A stretch of 64,000 bases of DNA from Eubacteriales bacterium (GCA_045578045.1 JAZNJM010000064.1:9695-73694); one strand, 5' to 3'. Positions 39,289 through 48,198 are shown, numbered from the stretch's first letter. Notes: generated by a model not told the origin, from the letters alone. Program-made: numbers and translations.

Positions 39289-40836
39289 TCATTCCCAATA
39301 ATTTCTATCAAGAGTCCTTAGCTGTATTGCCATTGCAACGTGATTAGAGGTTATAACCTCAGACTCATCAAAATCGGCAACCGTTCTTGCAATTTTCAAT
39401 ATTCTGTCATAACCTCTTGCGGACAATCCAAGGGTTTCATACGCACGTTTAAGAACAACGCTCCCCTTATCATCAAGTATACAAAACTTTCGAACAAGCG
39501 TTCCATTCATCATACTGTTTGATGTAACGGGAGTACCGCTTATAAAAACGTTTTCAAATCGTTTGGCGGCAAAATTTCTTGCCCTCATAACTCTTTTAAA
39601 AATATCCGCACTTTTCTCTGATTCAGATGAATCTGTAAGAGTATCATACTCTAAGGGGCGAAGCTCAACTTGAATATCAATTCTATCCAAAAGAGGCCCT
39701 GAAACTCTTGAAACATACTGTCTGCGAGAATTTAGCGAACACGTACATTGTTTTGTTGGATGACCGAAAAATCCACATTTGCAAGGATTCATAGCGGCAA
39801 CAAGCATAAAAGCACTTGGAAACTCAATTTTCCCATTAACACGAGTTATAGAAACACGTTTTTCTTCAAGAGGCTGTCTGAGAATTTCCATTGCGTTTTT
39901 ATCAAACTCAGGTAATTCGTCTAAAAACAAAACTCCGTTATGTGCAAGAGAAATTTCACCAGGTATGGGATTTCTTCCTCCCCCTGCAAGTCCCGCCGCA
40001 GACACTGAATGATGTGGAGTTCTAAAAGGGCGTAACGTTATCAAAGACTGCGAAGGCTTTATTAACCCCGATATTGAATACACCTTCGTTGTTTCTATGG
40101 ATTCGTTCAACGTAAGCGGTGGCAATATCGTTGAAAGTCGTGAAGCAAGCATACTTTTTCCTGTTCCAGGAGGGCCTATCATCAAAATATTATGATTTCC
40201 AGCCGCGGCAATTTCCATTGCATACTTTGCAAAGCTTTGCCCTTTAACGTCAGACATATCAATCTCACACGACATTGAAGATATTCTAAACGCTTCTTCA
40301 TCAAATAAACATTCTTCAAGGTTTTTTGCTCCGTCAAGATGCATCAAAAGATCGGAAACGTTTTTTACGGGATAAACCTTAATGCCTCTTGCGGCGGCTG
40401 CCTCAGGAGCGTTTTCCTCAGGAACGTAGATTTCTTTGAATCCATTATCTCTTGCCGCAATAGCCATAGAAAGAACCCCTCTCACAGGACGCAAAGCACC
40501 AGTCAGAGAAAGTTCACCTAAAAAGCATTTTCCCGAAAGGTCAAATGATGCCGAACCCAACGCACAAATGCACGAAAGCAAAATCGGTAGATCATAAGCT
40601 GAACCCTCTTTACGAATATATGCTGGGGCAAGATTAACAGTCATAATATTGCTTCCAAAAGAGATGTAAGAGCTGTTAGCAGCAGAAAAAACTCTTTGAG
40701 CCGCTTCTTTTACGGCTGCATCGGGAAGACCAATAATCTCTAATTTCGGATCTTGAGACGAAGTTGATTTTGCTTCAACAGTAACAATAATACCATCAAC
40801 GCCACTAAGAGCGGCAGAATATACTATTCCAACCAT
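39289..40836 (-). CDS. YifB/ComM-family Mg-chelatase-like AAA+ ATPase
   Basis: N-terminal Lon-protease-like domain, Walker A GPPGTGKSM, and VLFLDELPEF Walker B. Confidence 0.9.
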   Translation of the reverse strand: MVGIVYSAALSGVDGIIVTVEAKSTSSQDPKLEIIGLPDAAVKEAAQRVFSAANSSYISFGSNIMTVNLAPAYIRKEGSAYDLPILLSCICALGSASFDLSGKCFLGELSLTGALRPVRGVLSMAIAARDNGFKEIYVPEENAPEAAAARGIKVYPVKNVSDLLMHLDGAKNLEECLFDEEAFRISSMSCEIDMSDVKGQSFAKYAMEIAAAGNHNILMIGPPGTGKSMLASRLSTILPPLTLNESIETTKVYSISGLIKPSQSLITLRPFRTPHHSVSAAGLAGGGRNPIPGEISLAHNGVLFLDELPEFDKNAMEILRQPLEEKRVSITRVNGKIEFPSAFMLVAAMNPCKCGFFGHPTKQCTCSLNSRRQYVSRVSGPLLDRIDIQVELRPLEYDTLTDSSESEKSADIFKRVMRARNFAAKRFENVFISGTPVTSNSMMNGTLVRKFCILDDKGSVVLKRAYETLGLSARGYDRILKIARTVADFDESEVITSNHVAMAIQLRTLDRNYWE

Positions 40837-40921
40837 ATATCATCTACGAGGTATCAACCTCATCTCTCCATAAACATATTTTTTGAACTCCGAAAAATTA
40901 TATATGTTTTCACACGAAACT

Positions 40922-40950
40922 ATTATACACCACCAAATCCATTTTGTCAA
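40922..40950 (-). promoter_or_regulatory. Consensus sigma-A promoter upstream of the ComM-like gene
   Basis: Minus strand: TTGACA (40945..40950), 17-nt spacer, TATAAT (40922..40927). Confidence 0.5.
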
Positions 40951-41132
40951 TACAAATTAGCTCACTTTTAATTAGTTTTTGTTGGATTTTTGTTGGAGTT
41001 TTTTTGCCTTTTTTTAGTGGATTTTTTTACCAACAATGAAACAATAAAATCATCTATATACTTGATTTTTAAAACGAGATAGTATATAATCGAATGGTAA
41101 ATACTCAAAAAAATATCGGGAGAAATACTCGA

Positions 41133-42491
41133 ATGAAAAAAAATGATTTATTCCAAGTTAAAATCACCTCAACGGGTAGCGGTGGAGAAGGCGTTTGCAG
41201 AGTTGAAAATATGGCTGTTTTCGTTCCATATTGCGTTGTGGGAGATACGGTTGAAATACGTATTGTTAAAATAAATAAAAGCTATGCTTTTGGCAAGGTT
41301 GAAAAAATAATAATCTCTTCCCCTTCAAGAACAGAAGCTAAGTGCAAGGTGTTTGGAAAATGCGGCGGCTGTGCTTTACAAACAACAGACTACAAAACAC
41401 AGCTTGAAATAAAAAGAACAAAAGTAAAAGATGCACTTGAAAGAATTGGTGGTTTTTCAAATGTTGAAGTTGAAGAATGTGTTGGAAGTGAGCCTATTTA
41501 TGAATACAGAAATAAAGCACAATATCCCGTTGCAAATATAAACGATAAAGCAGAAACGGGGTTTTATGCTCCAAGAAGTCATAGAATCGTTAAAACGGAC
41601 GATTGTCCTCTTACAGATTCTGATAGTAAAATTATCGCAAAAATAATAATTGACTTTTTAAATGAAAACAACATAAAAGCATATGACGAAGAAACTAAAA
41701 CAGGTTCTGTCAGACATATTTATACAAGACACGGAGAGAATGAAATTATTGCCGTTATCGTTTCAGCGACCAAAAACATTTCTCTTGAAAAAAAACTGGT
41801 TGAATTACTTCAAAAAGCTCCGCTTAAAAGAAAACTTATGGGTGTGGTTTATAACTACAATCCCATACCCGATAACGTTATTTTAGGCGATACACACAGA
41901 ATTTTATATGGAAAAAGCTATATTCACGACACACTTTGCGGAATTGATTTTAAAATTGATTATAAATCATTTTATCAGGTAAACAAAAACACAACAGAAA
42001 AGCTATATTCAAAAGCCATAGAACTTCTTTCTGCCGCTAAAAATGAAACGATTCTCGACCTATATTGCGGAATAGGAACTATAACTCTATGCGCCGCAAA
42101 ACATTGCGGAAAAATAATTGGCGTTGAAGTTGTGGAAGAAGCGATAAACGATGCTAAAGAGAACGCAAAAGCAAACGGAATAACAAACGCAGAATTTTAC
42201 GTTGGAACAGCAGAAGAAGTTTGTCCCCGTTTAGTAAGAAATGATCTGAAAGCATCCGGAGTTATTGTCGATCCTCCACGAAAAGGGTGTGATATGGAAT
42301 TACTCAAAACAATAGTTTCACTCTCCCCTTCTCGTGTTGTTTACGTTTCCTGCGATCCCGCAACACTTGCAAGAGACGCGAAATATCTTTGCGAAAACGG
42401 ATATTTTCTTGAAAAAGCATATCCTTTTGACCAATTTCCTCAAACAAGCCACGTTGAGACGATTGCTCTATTGATTAAGCAGAAAGGATAA
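41133..42491 (+). CDS. rlmD: 23S rRNA (uracil-5)-methyltransferase, RumA/RlmD family
   Basis: TRAM-like N-terminus, Cys cluster CKVFGKCGGC, SAM-binding LDLYCGIGT, catalytic VYVSCDPATLARD. Likely start MKKNDLFQVKI. Confidence 0.85.
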   Translation: MKKNDLFQVKITSTGSGGEGVCRVENMAVFVPYCVVGDTVEIRIVKINKSYAFGKVEKIIISSPSRTEAKCKVFGKCGGCALQTTDYKTQLEIKRTKVKDALERIGGFSNVEVEECVGSEPIYEYRNKAQYPVANINDKAETGFYAPRSHRIVKTDDCPLTDSDSKIIAKIIIDFLNENNIKAYDEETKTGSVRHIYTRHGENEIIAVIVSATKNISLEKKLVELLQKAPLKRKLMGVVYNYNPIPDNVILGDTHRILYGKSYIHDTLCGIDFKIDYKSFYQVNKNTTEKLYSKAIELLSAAKNETILDLYCGIGTITLCAAKHCGKIIGVEVVEEAINDAKENAKANGITNAEFYVGTAEEVCPRLVRNDLKASGVIVDPPRKGCDMELLKTIVSLSPSRVVYVSCDPATLARDAKYLCENGYFLEKAYPFDQFPQTSHVETIALLIKQKG

Positions 42492-42498
42492 AGTAAAC

Positions 42499-43116
42499 GT
42501 GAAAAAAACGATGTTTTCAAAACCACACAAAACTAAAATACGAAAAAATGAAAGAAAACTACCATCTGATATTTTATTAAATCAAAAGAGGGTGTTAAAA
42601 AAGTCATTCACTGAATATTTATTGATTTCAATTATGTTTTTAATTATGGCTATTATCGTATTTTCAGTTGGTATCTTTTCAGACGATTCCTCACACTCCA
42701 ATCAGATATTTTTTATAGCTTTGCCAATTCTTCTTTTTATAGCTATCACATATGCTTTTATTTCTATTAAGCGTTATTTTCTCCTTGTTAAAATAAAAAA
42801 AATCAGTTCTTTATCTGAAGAGCATATAGAAATAAATTGCAAAAAAGTATCATTTTTATATCATCCTATATCCAGACATTCATTTATAATTATTTGTATT
42901 ATTTTTCAAGACGAAAATGGCAAAAAATATTACAACATATTAAACGGTAACATAATGAATTCATTTTCAGACGTTGAAAGAAAGAATCTGAAAAAGCTAA
43001 AAGAAAATCTCTTAAACGCTAAAGTTTCTCTTTTATGTTATGAAAACACAAATTTTATTATATCGTATCAGTTAAACAAAACATTCGAAACATCGAACAA
43101 CATATCTGAAACATAA
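42499..43116 (+). CDS. Hypothetical two-TM membrane protein (gene X)
   Basis: GTG start, basic N-terminus, two TM helices, beta-rich C-terminal domain. Its 3' end is duplicated at 44848..45047. Confidence 0.55.
   Translation: MKKTMFSKPHKTKIRKNERKLPSDILLNQKRVLKKSFTEYLLISIMFLIMAIIVFSVGIFSDDSSHSNQIFFIALPILLFIAITYAFISIKRYFLLVKIKKISSLSEEHIEINCKKVSFLYHPISRHSFIIICIIFQDENGKKYYNILNGNIMNSFSDVERKNLKKLKENLLNAKVSLLCYENTNFIISYQLNKTFETSNNISET
42852..43042 (+). repeat. Repeat A copy 1 (3' coding end of gene X)
   Basis: Aligns by eye along its length to 44848..45047, with scattered substitutions and small indels. Confidence 0.85.
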
Positions 43117-43131
43117 AACAACATAAGAATA

Positions 43132-43185
43132 CCAATGGCTAATCAATAATATTAAATTAGAAAAACTAAGCTAATACAAACTAAA
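43132..43185 (+). repeat. Repeat B copy 1 (relic of a CPBP gene 3' end plus downstream sequence)
   Basis: ccaatggctaatcaataatattaaattagaaaaactaagctaatacaaactaaaa matches 46036..46090 with about 3 mismatches. Confidence 0.85.
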
Positions 43186-43457
43186 AGCGGTCATCAGGTT
43201 CTTGACCTGTTCAGGTGGTCCGCCATAAATTGCCCCCTTAAAGTTTTGGCAAAATATCGCTTGTTCAGTTTTTTAGATTTTACCATTATATTTATTCTCC
43301 TTTGATTATTTTATATTCCTTTTGTAAGGTCAATAAAAGTATGAGCGAATAAGGAGAAAAAAGAATTTTCCTCATAAGTTTTTTTGCTTGGTTGTTAATT
43401 TCGTATTTTTTAGTATAATACAATTAGATAAACTTGAATTTGACGAGGTGAAGTGAG

Positions 43458-44051
43458 TTGATAAAATTTGTGAAAACAATTGATAATATAAGTGAATATC
43501 AATGTGGTGAACTTCCTACAACTGCTGAGAAACTTGATGCACCTGTCACAACAGAAGATATGATGAAGAAATCAATACCTATTGCTATAGCATTATGTCT
43601 GATTATGTTTTTGACAATGTTCATTAAGATATTTATGAGTAAATCCATGGTTATTTTTCCGCCAATGGTATTAGGCGGCTGTTTTCTAGGTTTTTTACTA
43701 AATATAGTACATGAATGGTTACATGCGATAGTTTATCCTAAAGAAGCAAATGTAACGATTGGGAAATTGAAAGGTAAAATTGTATTTGTAGCGTTGGCAT
43801 CTTACCCGTTAAAAAGAATTCGTTTTATATTTATGTGTTTATTACCTTTTTTACTTGGGATTCTACCGTTGATGTTATTTATATTATCATCTCCTCAAGA
43901 AACAGTGTTTAATGGGTTGATGTTTGGAATGGCATGCATGGGAATGGTATCTCCATATCCAGATGTATATAATGTTATTTTAGTATTAAAACAAACAAAA
44001 AGCACTGATAAAATCATGTTCTATGGAGATGATGTTTATCGGATTTCTTGA
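43458..44051 (+). CDS. DUF3267-like membrane protein with HExxH motif (putative zincin)
   Basis: TTG start behind GAGGTG. Four or five TM segments. IVHEWLHAIVYP contains HExxH. Confidence 0.6.
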   Translation: MIKFVKTIDNISEYQCGELPTTAEKLDAPVTTEDMMKKSIPIAIALCLIMFLTMFIKIFMSKSMVIFPPMVLGGCFLGFLLNIVHEWLHAIVYPKEANVTIGKLKGKIVFVALASYPLKRIRFIFMCLLPFLLGILPLMLFILSSPQETVFNGLMFGMACMGMVSPYPDVYNVILVLKQTKSTDKIMFYGDDVYRIS

Positions 44052-44066
44052 TATAAAAGGTGACAG

Positions 44067-44105
44067 ACAAATTCCAATATGTCGAACAGGTTTCACGATC
44101 AGAAA
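44067..44105 (+). repeat. Repeat C copy 1
   Basis: 32 of 39 ungapped identities with 44764..44802. Starts 15 nt after the DUF3267-like stop. Confidence 0.6.
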
Positions 44106-44169
44106 GGGACAGGTTCTTGTGAACCCGCCCCTCAGACCGCTGACAAAAGGAATTTCGGGGAGAAAACAT

Positions 44170-44763
44170 ATGATACTTTCATTACAAGGGTGTATGGCTG
44201 TAGGAAAAACAACAGCGGTACGATATCTACAAGAAAATGCTCCATATGTGAATATTAGTTACGAAATCAATACGGATATTATTGACGAAGTGAAGCAACG
44301 TCAATTAAATAAAAACAAATACGAAGATTATTTGGAAATACAGAAATTGTGGCTAAAAAAAGAAATTGTTCGATATAACAAAGCAAACGGTTTTATTTGT
44401 AGTATTATGGATTTCGGAGCGGAAGAAATTGAATTTTATACATTAAATTATCCCAAAACTATTGGACAAGAATGGGAAATTGAAAATGCATTACACGAGG
44501 AACTTGAGCAAGTTTGAAAGTGTATGCCAACAAGAATATTATTTTTAGATGCCTCAAATGAAGTATTATTAAGACATAAGGAGAATGATAATACTCGTTC
44601 CAGAAACTTCTTCGAACATCATTTAAAATATTTATTGCCATTAAAAAGAAAATGGTTTATAGGAAAAGAAAATGTTGATGTTTTGAATGTGGATAATCTG
44701 AATGCAGATGAGGTTGGAAAAAAAGTAAAAGAATGGGTTGACTTCTGCATTGAACATTATTAA
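44170..44763 (+). pseudogene. Deoxynucleoside-kinase-like P-loop kinase interrupted by one in-frame TGA (44515..44517)
   Basis: MILSLQGCMAVGKTT P-loop at the N-terminus and ILFLDASNEVLLRHK after the stop. ORFs 44023..44517 and 44524..44763 are in the same frame, separated only by TGA-AAG-TGT. Confidence 0.6.
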
Positions 44764-44802
44764 ACAAATTCAAATATGTCAAACAGTTTGAACGAAAAGA
44801 AA
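44764..44802 (+). repeat. Repeat C copy 2
   Basis: Begins immediately after the kinase stop codon. See copy 1. Confidence 0.6.
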
Positions 44803-44847
44803 ATGTCGGTTAAAAGAACTCGTTCCTTTTATTATATACTCTGTCCA

Positions 44848-45047
44848 CATTTTTATATCACCCTATATCCAAACATTTATTTATAATTATTTGTATTATT
44901 TATCAAGACGAAAAAGGCAAAAAGTATTACAACATATTAAAAGTATTACAACATATTAAACGATAACATAATGAATTTATTTTCAGAAAATAAAAGAAAA
45001 AAGCTGAAAGAAAAGCTCTCAAAGGATAAAGTTTCTCTTTTATGTTA
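44848..45047 (+). pseudogene. 3' fragment of a gene-X paralogue (repeat A copy 2), frameshifted by a 19-nt tandem duplication
   Basis: Reads TFLYHPISKHLFIIICIIYQDEKGKKYYNIL, against VSFLYHPISRHSFIIICIIFQDENGKKYYNIL in gene X. aagtattacaacatattaa is duplicated at 44922..44940 and 44941..44959. There is no 5' part. Confidence 0.75.
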
Positions 45048-45198
45048 CGCCCCAAAAAAGTAAATAAAAATGATTTGCCAAAGGGGCAAAAATTAGTCCG
45101 CCTTGATTTTGTTCTATTAATTACAATTTAGAAATTAGGTGTAATATTATATTATCAATACAAAGGAAAGGATGAATAAAAAATATATTTGCGTGTAG

Positions 45199-46053
45199 AT
45201 GATGAAAATGAAAAAAGTAATATTTTCAAAGCCAATATTAAGCTGTGTGCTTATTTTTCTTATTTGCTGTTTCGCAAGAGTTGTAGAATACTTCTTTATA
45301 AGAACAGACGAAACAATTCTGGCTGAGAACTTTATACATAAGGTTTTTGGTATAATTGTTTTAGCTGCAATACTTATTTTAACAAAGCTTTCTTGGAACA
45401 GCATAGGATTTACTAAAACCAAGATTGCGCAGAATTTTGTAAAAGGTTTATTATTGGGAACTTCTTGTTTTTCTGTTGCTTATCTTGCAGAATGTATTCT
45501 TCTGTATTGCATTAACGGAAATGTTCGGCTCTCTGTTTATACAAGCGGTTTTTCTCTGAACGGCGAGACTATTGCACAAAACGGCATTGGATTTATTTTC
45601 CTTTGTATCACTTTCAACCTTATAAATGTCTGGATGGAAGAAGGTGTTTTCCGAGGACTTTTCTCTCGTCTGCTTGATAACAAAATGAGCTTCACAGGTA
45701 AAGCGGTTTTTATTGCCTTATTGTTTGGAGTCTGGCATTGGGTTATGCCTATTAGAGACTATATTGAAGGCAACTCATCCTTCGGTAATTTTCTTGTAAT
45801 GGGAATCGGATATATTATCTTGTCCGGTATTATGAGTATAAAATGGTCGATACTTTATAGAATAACAGGCTCACTTTGGATGGGGTTGGGAGACCATTTG
45901 TTTAACAACATTATTGTAACAAATTGTCTTCACGTAATATCTAATGGTGAAGCTGACAGTATGCAGATTATAAGGATTTTAATCGGACAGCTTATATCTT
46001 TTACTTTGGTTATTATTTACTACAACAAAAAAATGCCAATGGCTAATCAATAA
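45199..46053 (+). CDS. CPBP-family intramembrane glutamic endopeptidase (CAAX protease / bacteriocin-processing family)
   Basis: Motifs EEGVFRGLF, FGVWHW and HLFNN within a polytopic protein. Confidence 0.8.
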   Translation: MMKMKKVIFSKPILSCVLIFLICCFARVVEYFFIRTDETILAENFIHKVFGIIVLAAILILTKLSWNSIGFTKTKIAQNFVKGLLLGTSCFSVAYLAECILLYCINGNVRLSVYTSGFSLNGETIAQNGIGFIFLCITFNLINVWMEEGVFRGLFSRLLDNKMSFTGKAVFIALLFGVWHWVMPIRDYIEGNSSFGNFLVMGIGYIILSGIMSIKWSILYRITGSLWMGLGDHLFNNIIVTNCLHVISNGEADSMQIIRILIGQLISFTLVIIYYNKKMPMANQ

Positions 46054-46090
46054 TAGTAAATTAGAAAAATCAAGCTAATACAAACTAAAA
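46036..46090 (+). repeat. Repeat B copy 2 (authentic CPBP 3' end and downstream)
   Basis: See 43132..43185. Confidence 0.85.
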
Positions 46091-46170
46091 CAAAGCTATA
46101 AGCAAGAAAAAAGTTAAAACAGACAAATTCGACTAAAAACAAAGAAAGAAATATAAAAAGGAGGATAAAG

Positions 46171-47226
46171 GTGAAAGAAGAAAAAAACGTTTTGGAATAT
46201 ATATGTGAGACAATTAAAAATGCTGTTGATGACAAATTTGTTCTTCCTCTTTCCTCTTGGCAGACAAGCTCTCCTAAATCAGAAGAAATCAATAATCTAT
46301 TCGTTAAAGAAGTTAATGCATACAAGTCGGCTCCTCCCTCTCCCTGCAGCAAAGCAAACTCTATGAAGCTCTTGAAGCGTTTAGCCCGAAAGGATTTTAA
46401 CGAATTTTGGACAGCTCCTGCTTCAGAATATTTTCCCGCAGTGAGTGAAGGAACAATGAAGCTTTGCGAAAGCATTTATCCTCACGATGATGCAATTTCC
46501 CACGCTAAAGCACTAATTTCAACCCTATCGTCAAAAGAGTTGGCAAAGGATTTTCTATACGGAGTGTCTCATAATGCTCCTGAATATAGAACTGCTCTTC
46601 CCTGTTATTATTATATTAAAAATTTGCCAGAGCATAAATTCCAAAAGAAATTTGTTGGTTCTATCGTTGAAAAAAACGGACAATGGAAAGATGTCTACAA
46701 CGAAAACAAATGTGAAATATGTGGATATAGTCATTCCTTAAGTAAAGAGCCTAAATATCAGTTTTGGAGTATCAATATTGATATGAAGAATTTTTATTTT
46801 GATGCTCATATGACACGAAGCTCTCTTAATGAAGCAATTATTTTTTTAGAAGAATATAAAAAGTTACCACGCCCCGAACATTCGTCAAACGATTATTTTC
46901 ATTTTATGAAAATCATTGAAATAATTGAAAACACGCCTGAAAATATGACTTCTGGAAAATTACGTAAAGAATTAAAAAAATCAGGATTACTTAAAATGAC
47001 TTTTGACCAGATAGAGTTTTTTATTAACACTCTTGGATATCTTGACATTCTTCATTCCGAAGATTCATATGGTATGATTTATACTCACACTTCAGAAAAA
47101 GATATGCTTCTCCCCCTAAGTGATAGAGGCTTTGCAGAACATCCCGTTAATCGTTGGACAAGAAAATGCGGCATTGACTACAAAAGCATTTCAACGCTTT
47201 TTGACGGTATTTACGAACAATGCTGA
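46171..47226 (+). CDS. Hypothetical cytoplasmic protein ending in Cys
   Basis: GTG start behind AGGAGG. 351 aa, no recognised family. C-terminus ...LFDGIYEQC. Confidence 0.55.
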   Translation: MKEEKNVLEYICETIKNAVDDKFVLPLSSWQTSSPKSEEINNLFVKEVNAYKSAPPSPCSKANSMKLLKRLARKDFNEFWTAPASEYFPAVSEGTMKLCESIYPHDDAISHAKALISTLSSKELAKDFLYGVSHNAPEYRTALPCYYYIKNLPEHKFQKKFVGSIVEKNGQWKDVYNENKCEICGYSHSLSKEPKYQFWSINIDMKNFYFDAHMTRSSLNEAIIFLEEYKKLPRPEHSSNDYFHFMKIIEIIENTPENMTSGKLRKELKKSGLLKMTFDQIEFFINTLGYLDILHSEDSYGMIYTHTSEKDMLLPLSDRGFAEHPVNRWTRKCGIDYKSISTLFDGIYEQC

Positions 47227-47362
47227 AACAATAAAATACACTTTTTGACAGTATTTACAAATAATACTGAAACAATAAAATACGCTTTTTGAGGGTATTT
47301 ACGAATAATACTGAAACAATAAAATACGCTTTTTGACAGTATTTACGAATAATACTAAACCG
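47197..47362 (+). repeat. 44-bp tandem repeat, about 3.8 copies, first copy spanning the stop codon of CDS 46171..47226
   Basis: Units start at 47197, 47241, 47285 and 47329 (the last partial): ctttttga(c/g)(g/a)gtatttac(g/a)aa(c/t)aat(g/a)ctgaaacaataaaatac(a/g). Confidence 0.9.
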
Positions 47363-47397
47363 CTTTAAATACTCTTTTAAAGCTGAAAGGAGAAATA

Positions 47398-47970
47398 ATG
47401 CTTTTAGATAATACAAGCAAATATAAATCGTGGAATAATCTGAAAAAACAGATAAATGGTCTATTATGCGATTCTCTCAAAGGAAAAATTTCATATTTTT
47501 ATACAAGGTATCACGGAGTACATAATGCATACGGAAGAGCCACAATCAATTATTTTAATAAAGAGATTATTTCTTTCTCTTGGCTTGAAGAAATGTATCA
47601 AGGTGCTGACGTTGCAGAGCAATACGAAAAAATGAACGTTGTTTCTTCGCCTGATGAAAGTTTTGAGGAAAGCATAAAAAGATATAAAGAAGTCAGCGAT
47701 GAGGTTTCCAAAAAAATATGGATGCCTGAGGGGTTACTTTGCGAAGGAGACTTTATCAATTCCATAACAATTTATCTGAAAACAGATATTAAGACAGCAT
47801 TAAATTCAGAAAATTATCTTTTGAGAGTTTTTTCATATATGGACAGGAGAATTGGAAAGAGAACCCTTTTAAAAATCAAAGACGAGGTTGAAACGCTTCC
47901 CCAGTGGGTGAAACAATTTTATTATATTCGTTGCGAAGCAGAGATATTATCTTTTTCCGAAGCAAAATAA
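47398..47970 (+). CDS. Hypothetical protein
   Basis: AAAGGAG RBS. 190 aa soluble protein. No family recognised with confidence. Confidence 0.55.
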   Translation: MLLDNTSKYKSWNNLKKQINGLLCDSLKGKISYFYTRYHGVHNAYGRATINYFNKEIISFSWLEEMYQGADVAEQYEKMNVVSSPDESFEESIKRYKEVSDEVSKKIWMPEGLLCEGDFINSITIYLKTDIKTALNSENYLLRVFSYMDRRIGKRTLLKIKDEVETLPQWVKQFYYIRCEAEILSFSEAK

Positions 47971-48090
47971 ACGTAATAATGACAGCTTTAATAAACGGTA
48001 GTTTTTCTTTTCAAAATTGATAATATAGATTTGTCATTTTAAACTTGGAGTATAAAATTGTAATTTTTTATATAGAACGTAAATTGGTCG

Positions 48091-48139
48091 TTTTGGGGTT
48101 TGAAACTTAAATATGTCTTTTGGGGTTTGAAACTTAAAT
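48091..48139 (+). repeat. 22-bp direct repeat x2
   Basis: ttttggggtttgaaacttaaat at 48091..48112 and 48118..48139. Confidence 0.85.
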
Positions 48140-48198
48140 CGTTTTTCAAAAATTTAATTTATATCTCATTATTCTTTTCAGACGGAAAATCTTTTTAA

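Noticed and set aside
44515-44517. TGA as selenocysteine or as a reassigned sense codon
   Set aside because: I saw no SECIS-like hairpin directly downstream. A Sec in a dNK-type kinase has no precedent that I know of. The other genes in the window are intact without needing TGA readthrough. The decaying neighbourhood favours a nonsense mutation.
43201-45110. Possible inverted repeats (gtccgcc plus ttgcc/ggcaa hairpins near 43220..43255 and 45076..45102) flanking the DUF3267-kinase insert
   Set aside because: Only 7-9-nt matches in inconsistent relative orientation. This is too weak to call terminal inverted repeats of a mobile element.
46047-46475. 142-aa minus-strand ORF
   Set aside because: It overlaps repeat B and the start of the better-supported plus-strand gene (which has an AGGAGG RBS). 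Its translation is low-complexity and it has no RBS.
47197-47362. Possible CRISPR array
   Set aside because: The units are contiguous with no unique spacers, there are only about 4 copies, the first copy is coding sequence, and there are no cas genes in the window.
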